Positions 54,501-63,800 of a stretch of 64,000 nucleotides of DNA are shown here, piece by piece (within the stretch, counting starts at the first letter, position 1; each line of letters begins with the position of its first letter). The stretch covers positions 78,346,397-78,410,396 of the forward strand of contig CM097887.1 in NCBI GenBank assembly GCA_044892525.1, read 5' to 3'. Source of the DNA: Schmidtea polychroa. Taxonomy: Eukaryota. The translations under genes were made by a program, and so were the position numbers. Below the pieces are notes generated by a model. It was not told the DNA's origin. It saw only the letters and a list, made by a program, of their open reading frames with translations, and ran no database searches.

Positions 54501-57500
54501 AAAATTTGTAATTTTAATTACATTATTCCTATAACTGAATTATTTTGTTTTCCAAATAAATCTTGATTTTAGTAAAATGAAATATATAAAAACATGCTTT
54601 GTTTATACGGTCATGGGGTTATACAGTTATTAAATCACATTTAAAAAATTAATTAATTATAAGTTTCATTAAGACAATATGGATAATTGGAGATAGTGTA
54701 GGCAATACAGATGTTCATATATAAGGCAATATTTATTAAATTCCTCATTGAAATTTCATACTTAGTCTTCGATTTCATTTTCAAGTTTTAGTTTTGATTA
54801 GGATGCACATGAATTTGATCCAAATTTATTATCTGAAATGACCTTTGATCCCGTTAGCATTTCTCGCTTAATCGTACTGATTCGTTTAAGGAATATCATT
54901 ATTTCATATTTATGTACTTTTGTTTAAGCTCAAGGTTCTGATTAAATTGTACATTTGATACATTTGATTTATCATCATCTCATATTGAAGTTGCTTAAAT
55001 GGTTTTTAGTTTTCTTCGGTAAATAAACGTGCTATTGGTGTTCATTCAAATAATTAGTTGTTTTATACTTATATACGTTACTAGATAGGTTTGTAACGCT
55101 CATACTGCGAAGCCAATTTATTTTATGCTAGTGTTCTTGAAGTGGTCTCGCAATTGAAAATTTCCACTCGATTTTCTTAACCTTTTAGTTCAGTTATTGC
55201 ACGGGGTAAGGGAAGAATAATGACAGGTTACACAACTGGATGTATTAAAATTAATTAAAAACGCCCATATATCTTAACATCAGTCAATATTAGTCTTCGT
55301 CTTTCAGTATTCATGATATTATTTCATTGGTGCAGGACTCAAGTTTTGATGTAAAAACATTCAAAAGTTCTTTTTTGACTTATATTTGGAGTTTAATATT
55401 TTCCCCAATAAAAATTTTTGAAAATCACTAAATAAATGAAAATTACAGGGAAATATCTGGGAAGTAAAGTGGATGCGGCAAAACCTCCCAATTAAATTCA
55501 TTAATTTCTTGTAGTGTTTTCCGATCCTTCTGCGGCCTAGTATTATCGTGGCGAAATAACACTTATATTCACTAACCGCTGGCTATTTTAATCATTTTTA
55601 AGTTTTTAAAATTTAAACATGAAATATGTTGACTGTAAACTTCTGTATTAATCGTTTGATTAGTTTTTAATAGTTCACTGTGAATGACACGGTACATATC
55701 TAACCAAACACACAAAGTGTATCTTTCTAGGATGCAATGATATATTTGCTGTTGGCGAGGGGTTCTTATCCTTATCTATCTACATTCGTTTTCTTGTGAT
55801 ATTAGGACAAAGTATTGATTTTCGTCACCTGTTACCAGATGGTCTAAAACGGTAAAAAAGAAAAGAGGGATAATCTTCTGATTTATTCGTTGCTCGTAAT
55901 TGACTTTGAATAGCTTATGCGGTACCCATTTCCCAAGTTTGGATACTTTTCCTATCTTTAGATAATGAAATTCTGTTCTGAGATGAAGTAAGCCTTTCTC
56001 AAACTGACCCACTATTAATCGAGACTCTGATTCCACAAGATTTTTAAGAGCGTCGTTGTTAAAAATTAACAGAACGTTCTAAACATGGGTCACCATCAAC
56101 ACCGCTTTCTCCATCTTTATATCTTTTAAATTGTTTCTAGTCCTTAAGGATTATTTCTTATACATTAAGCCTGCACACTGTTAATTTTTATTGTTCCAGA
56201 TCTGGAACTTTTACCACATGAAAATAAAAAATATAATACGACACGTTTGTACTGATTATCGATATTCATATTTTAAGGGTATTTATTTTCGTTCGATGTT
56301 CACAAAAATTGGTGATAGACTATTTTAATGTGTATTTGAAAACAGGATTCTACTTGTTTGAAATTTTATTATTATACCTATTGAGTCAGAATAAATCGCA
56401 TATAAGCTTTGAATGCGTACAAATTTATGGACTGACCTAATATTATATTATGTGGGAAATACAATTATGACTTATTAGATACGTTTCCTATAATTTAAGA
56501 AGAAAATCAATAATCATACATTAAAGAAATATACATACTTTGATTTCACGCTGATGTTCTCATTGATGGTGCAATGAGATAGGTCTTACACTATCAAAAT
56601 ATAAAAAGTGGTAGAAAAAGTAAATACTGCACACAAACACAATACATACTTAAAAACAAACTTTCGATATTTAGAAATGCACCGCTAAGATAGGTTTCTA
56701 TAATAACCCTATTTTAGAAAATTTTGAGAAAAAAAGATCGCTGAAAATGTTTGGAATTTAAATGAACTGCAAAAATAATATATTTATCATAATTAAGTCT
56801 TTCGAAAATCTACATAAGGTTACCAAGGAAATTATGTTCAATTCAATATTTACAAAATAAATAGTAAACATTTAAAATGTCAGATAAAACATTTTGACTT
56901 AAAACTTGATAGGAAATTAATCATCTGTTATTATTTTACTGATCACATATAGAAATTAAAATATTGTGGTGTTTGTACTTAGTAATTCCTTGTTCCAGGC
57001 AATCAAATATAACACCACCTATGTATATGATTATCCGAAACTAATTAATCAAGCCCTCGAAGGAATTTGGTCTGAATACAATCCTGAATTTTTATCGGAA
57101 AATCCGGATATGGAATTGTTGACCTATATCGAGTTGATTCTTGATGACAACCATGATATTACTGAGGTCCAGCAAGTTCCTGGGGTGAATAATGTATTGT
57201 GATAATTATTGTCGAATCTTATCAATAATGGTAATTAATAGATTGGAATGGTCGCCTGGCGAATGAAGCTAATAACTCCCGAATATCCAGAAACGGGTCG
57301 TGAGATAATTCTCATCAGTAATGATGTTACATACAAAATGGGTTCATTTTCAATAATGGAAGACATTTTATTCCTCAAGGCTTCCGAATTGGCAAGAAAA
57401 CTTGGAATTCCTCGCATATTCTTCGCATCCAATTGCGGGGCAAGAATTGGATTGGCGGAGGAATTTAAAAATATATTTAACATTGCCTGGCACGATAAAT

Positions 57501-57798
57501 TTGATCCTGAAAAAGTGTTGTATTGACATAAGCGCCTATCTTAATGTGACTTAATTGCAGGGATTCAAATATTTGTATTTGACACCGAGTGATTATCAGC
57601 AAATGGTTGGGTTGAACAATGTGACATGCGAGCTGATCGAGGACGAGGGCGAGAATCGATACAAGATCACAGATATTATAGGTTTGCCTTTTGCTATTAT
57701 CCTTTAGTAATAATTAATTAATTTGCTATTTTTAATAAAAATGAATATGTTTATTTAGTTTTCGACAGGATATCAATTTTTAATGTTTATTATTATTA

Positions 57799-57874
<76 letters not shown>

Positions 57875-60800
57875 AAGATAATATAAACATTTTTCTGTGA
57901 AGCATATATTCAATAAAATGAAAGAATTCCCAATTATAAAAATATTCCTTTTCAATTTTCTGGATTTTAGTTGCTTCGATTTTCAAATGCTTTTTGGTCT
58001 TCTCTTTTATTTCCTTTTTCTTTCTTCTCATTGGTTCAAAATAAAACTTTTTTACAAGAATTTTAAATGTAGTGTTAACGCATAATCCATTATTAAGGAA
58101 ATTTTACCCTTTGTAAACTTATCCAAAAATTGAAATTAGTTGACGTTTTCAGAACTTGTATATTTGTTGTGAAAATTACATCTTACCTGTTAGTTTGTTA
58201 TTAAATTAAAGAACGCACAAAACCAAAATAGAGTTTTGAATCCCACCGAAATATTCATAAGTTCAAAAGCAATGTTGGATGAGGTGTTTATTATATTTTT
58301 TGAAAGGGCAACGTTCTTTAATTCCTTTCGAATTTCTTGTCAAATTTTCCCTTTTCCCCAGCTTTTATCAATTCGTTATTTTTTATTTAGATAATTATCA
58401 TCTAATAATTTTTTAAAAATGTCTTGGTAATATAATTATTTGTTAGCTTCTTGATACCAACCAACGTCAGTGCTGACGTGATGATTTTGAATGTGCGAAC
58501 ACGGTGTTTTAATTAATATGCAAGTTATCGTTAATTATTCATTAGAACTAAATTGCCCATAAAATATAAACATCAATTGAAGTAAAATACTTTATAATTT
58601 ATCAATAAAATCCAATATTTGGTACATCAATACAAATATCCTAATCCTAATTTCGTCATAAATTATGAAAAAAATAATGAAACGAAATAATTTGAATATA
58701 TAATATAACCAGTGGCGTAGCTACCATATAGCAAGAGTAAGCACGAGACAGGAGGGCCTTTTTTCCAAGTTTCCTTAATTTTCTTCAGAAAACAATGTCA
58801 AACAGCGGCACGGTCGGCACCAGTCAACAGGGGCCTCCAAATGATCGATTTGTGGTTTTATGTAATAAAGCTCCACTGTTTTGTTTACTTATTGCATTAA
58901 ATACATTATTTATCTGCATTTTACCTATTTATGCAATCTCCTCTGCCTCTCCCTCGCTAATAATATACTGTATAAGCAAGCAACTTTAGTTATCTAAGTA
59001 AATTGCCCATTCATATAGAGGTCGAAAAAATTGTTTTGCTTGTCGTCTATACACATTTGTCCCTTTTACATTACTATCATTTTATAACGATTCATACTGT
59101 TATATTGTATATTGAGCTCTAATTATTTAATTAAATCGTCTTTCCAAAGAGGAGCCAAAAAAAATGTTTCGCCTGCGACGCAACACTCCTCTGTAACTAT
59201 AAGCCCTTCTTTCAATTAACACTCTCCCCTCCCCCTTAAAAAAATCTTGGGTAGGCCTACGCCACTGAGACCAAAATAAACAAGGTGTTCCATCAAAATT
59301 TCGAGAGTTACGAAGTGTTCCGTCGCAGGAAAAGTTTGGGAACCCTGGTCTAATTCAATTGTGCTTCCAAAAGGTGCCATAAATTTTTTTCCCTGCGGCG
59401 CTATGGTGCTCCGCGCCTATTTCACTTGTGTATGCAGTATAGGGGGCCCATCTATGACTCATTGCATAGGGGCCCAAAATTTCTAGCTACGCCACTGAAT
59501 ATAAGCTTGGTATCTAAAGAGTATAATCCAATAGATTTCACTCACTCCGTATAAAATAACTAGATCTTACTTATTATAATATTCTTGATGTGAAAATTTC
59601 GATTTTATTTTTCAATTCGCCTCATCTTTTGGAATAACGATTTGGTCACTCAAAATTTACTATCTCTTAATTATTTGAACTTCGGAGATAGTCACCATTA
59701 TAATTCTTGCAACATGCATTTTGGCCTAAAATTAAAATGATTGTATTCATAGGGAAAGAAGATGGGATAGGTGTTGAAAATTTAAGAGCCTCTGGCATGA
59801 TTGCAGGCGAAACATCTCTAGCATATGATGAAATAGTTACTATCAGCCTGGTATCCAGTCGAGCTGTTGGCATAGGCGCTTATTTGGTGAGATTAGGTTC
59901 TCGGGTTATTCAGGTTATTTTATATTATTTTTTTATAATTTATATAGCTTTTATTAGGTGGAAAATTCTCATATCATATTAACGGGTGCTGCAGCTTTGA
60001 ATAAAGTACTTGGTAGCGATGTCTATACGAGCAATGATCAACTGGGAGGTGTACAAATTATGGCTAATAATGGAGTTTCACATGCTGTTGTTGCTGATGA
60101 ACTCAAAGGAATCGAATGTTTGTTGAAATGGTTATCGTATATTCCTTCGATTAAAAATGGACCTTTGCCGGTTTTTCATAATAACCTCACACAGCCAGAT
60201 CCAATTATTCGCCCTGTTACATATATGCCACCAAAAAATTTATCAAATTCCGATCCGCGTCATCTCATCACGGGTGTGACAGGTATTTAGTTATATTTTC
60301 ATTCAAATTCTTCTATATACAATATAGACGCCAATGGCGAATATTTATGTGGATTATTCGATAAAGATAGCTGGCAGGAAATTCTCGATCAATGGGCAAG
60401 ATCTGTAATAACTGGTCGAGCTAGATTAGGGGGCATCCCTGTCGGTGTAATTACCGCTGAAACTAGGAATGTTATATTTTCTATTCCGGCAGATCCAGCC
60501 AATCCTCACACGGAGTTTCAGGTTAATAATTATTTTTTTGGTAATTAGCCCCATGGTTATGGATATTCTTTCTTTTTCCTTATGCAGTCCACATGGTCGT
60601 ATAATTACTCAATTTATCTCCTACATCATGCTGTTGAATATTCCCATCCAATTTTCAATAAACTTTCGAATTGGTTAAAATTAACATTATGATAACTAAT
60701 TTTACAGCTCAATAATTAATAAATATTCATTGATTTATGATTAATTTCCCTATTGTTGTTTACTAGTAGATAATTTATTTACTGAAAATGTAGGAATCTG

Positions 60801-63800
60801 TTTGTCTTTTGCATGATTAGAAACTTATAATTCCATTTTGAATAATCCTCAAGTCTCGTTCGACAAGATGTCAATCCAATTCCAATATACAAGAAATCAT
60901 TTTCAATGCATTCATATTTATGATACTATTTCCTCCATATTTATTAACATAATAATTATTTGATGGATTCATTAATTTCACTGTCATATTCTCATTTATT
61001 TGGTATAAAACGGTAACAAAGAATAATTAAAACAAAATAATGAAAAGAATTATAAATTTCTATCACACTAATAGAATGAAAATTTATTGTAAACTGAATA
61101 TCCATTTTTAATCTTTTGGTTGGTCGTTTAAAGTAATTTGCTTCGTTTTTAAAGTTTGTACATTTGTACATCAGTTTTGGACTTGAGAATGTTTGAGTTG
61201 GGTTGGCCTTACGTGAGTGGCTTACAAAACAATATTATCGTGAAACTTGTTTTTATCGTTTCTAATTACACTTACTTTCAAATTGAATTAATTTTAGTAT
61301 CAAGTAAAACAATAATTAAGTCAACTCCAAAATTGAGGCCATCATGTAATCGCTATTTATTAATCTGCATTAGTTATTCATGGTTTGGGCAGTTATTGTT
61401 ACCAATTGGAGAAACAAATTGGAAACAGCTGAACCTTTCTGGTAATGTGATTGATAACATTTGAAGTTGCAGAGACCTCAACAATAAAATTATTCGGGTT
61501 ACTTCAATGTATTTTCCAAGCTAACTATTATGTAATTTAATAATTTATCTATCGAATGAATCATAGTATTGTGCGTCGGTACAGTGTAGTTTTAGTATAG
61601 CTTAAATTAAAATCATAATAAGCAACCACAAAAGTGTAGCCTAATCGCAGTAAAATCTCGTAACTTGCAAATTAGAAATTGTAAAATTCTATAAAAAATT
61701 TGTTTTTTATTCAAAAAATATTTTCAGAAAGTTTTAGGGGACTTATAGGTTGAGAACCACTGAATTAGGTCATCCGTCTCTGAATTTTGGTATCCTGATT
61801 TATAGATATTGCATTTCATGAAATGTATTTTAAATTGATTTTTAAGGAAATCATAATACGTCTAATGTTTTTATTTCAAAAGTTTCCGGATGATGAAAAA
61901 CTCTTTCGGGCTCTACTGAAGTCGTCGAAATAGTTGATAGTTGGGATAATCCTTTATTTCCGTTGTAAATTAATATTACAATCTCAATTTTTATCAGGCC
62001 ACAAAGATCAGGTCTTGCAAAATTTTGGTTTTATAATTTACGAATTTAAAATAGTGAATTTCAAGCGTTCTTTAAACCACCGATTTTATATTTCATTTCC
62101 CGTCGCAACATCCAAATTATCATTAGAATTATTTTATACCATTTGAATACTTTAATCTCACAAGTGTTGCCAAGCAGTATTTGTTAGTTACGAATTATAT
62201 ATATATATATATTGATTAGTTTTTGGATCATGAAGAAAATTAATAATATCTCTAGATATTGAACTAATTTCGAGGAAACAGCACTTATTCAAAGCACAAG
62301 CTGACTTTTTAAAAAACGGCTGCCTCATTTTGTTAATTTTAACAGTGGTTATCTTTTTAAAAGCACGTAAAAACATGGGAAAACATGTGATTTTTATACG
62401 CTTTTTATTTGATTATTACTCATTTAAAACAAAAAAATAATTATTATAGAATACGTCACAAATATTATAAAAATTAAAATAAACAATATTTTATGAGAGT
62501 AACTATTTTTTAATCTTGAAATCCTGGGGTTTATATTCTTGAATCTCGGGATTGACAATTATATGAGGGTTACACAAAAAGTTCAAAATTAATTAAAATT
62601 TAGTAAAAATCAAAAAAAATATTTCCCGAGAAAATGGAAACATGTAGTGAATAAAAAGATACAAAAATTAAAAAATATGTGATTTGATTGATTCAAAAAT
62701 ATTTGCTGTGCCACTAATGGTATGAATTACTTCAAATAATTCATCATTCTTAAGAGTGAATACAAGAAAACGTATTGGTACAGAAGTCCATTGGACTAGT
62801 ATTTGAAAAATTTGTATATATTCAACAAAAAGATGTAAGTTATTTGTCTTGATAGGAAGCCTCGTAAATGTTGACAAAATAATTATAATATTTAATCTAC
62901 AAGGACCAAAATTTCAGATGCACTCGTTGCACTTCAGTATTTATTTATTTATTATTAGGGTAATTCTTATAGTCAAAGGTAGGTATGACTTCTATCTGAC
63001 TTTTCCAATTTGTTCTTTTTGCTCTGTAATTTTTGTAATTAAAATGTTAATCACATAGTTGAATGATCTATTTGAATGTTTATAGGTTTGGCAAAGCTTT
63101 CAATATTTGAATATGATTATCTCAATTTTCTTTTTTTAAGTTCAGTAACTTTAACAATTTGGAGACTTCATTATATTTACATTGAGTTAATTATTAAAAT
63201 TACATAAAATAATATATTATTAACGCTGTCAAATAATTTTAATATAACACAAACTAAATTAAATATTCATATAACGAATTTGAACTTATAGGAAGTTCAA
63301 CACGCTGGCCAAGTTTGGTTTCCTTGTTCAGCATATAAAACAGCTCAAGCAATGCGTGACTTTAATAGAGAAGGTTTACCGTTGTTTATATTTGCTAATT
63401 GGCGAGGCTTTTCTGGCGGAATGATGGATATGTATGATCAGGTATAATTGCAATTGTTGAGTTTATTATAATGTGAATTGATTTTATTGATGATATAGAT
63501 ACTGAAATTTGGATCCTATATTGTCGATGAACTCAAAAGATATACACAGCCTGTTTTTGTCTATATCCCTCCTCATGGTGAGCTGCGTGGTGGAGCTTGG
63601 GTAGTGTTGGATCCAACAATCAATGAGGATTACATGGAAATGTTTGCTGATCCTCAGTATTCGGAAGGAGGAATATTGGAACCTGAAGGTATTGTTGAAA
63701 TTAAATATCGTGAGAAGGACTTAATCAAAGTTGGTTAATTTTATCCTGATACGCTGTCATACATTAAATAGACCATTAAAAGACTAGATCCGATCTGCCT

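Noticed and set aside
53850-55050. Further hAT dimerisation (CSAS..KCFSS) and Gypsy RNase H-like scraps
   Set aside because: Motifs are too short and decayed to bound or assign confidently.
57773-58031. ORFs with poly-Ile / poly-Asn tracts
   Set aside because: They are translations of the (TTA)n microsatellite inside an intron.
8053-59873. Antisense ORFs over ACC exons or TE ORFs (8053-8271, 12523-12738, 15357-15614, 15928-16218, 35890-36249, 57235-57483, 59667-59873)
   Set aside because: Shadow frames of real coding sequence with no independent motifs.
63655-63670. Loss of the catalytically important yeast Arg1954 equivalent
   Set aside because: On re-alignment Arg1954 is the Arg of NWRGF, which is intact here (ANWRGFSGG, exon 32). 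The Arg-to-Glu change affects a different residue.
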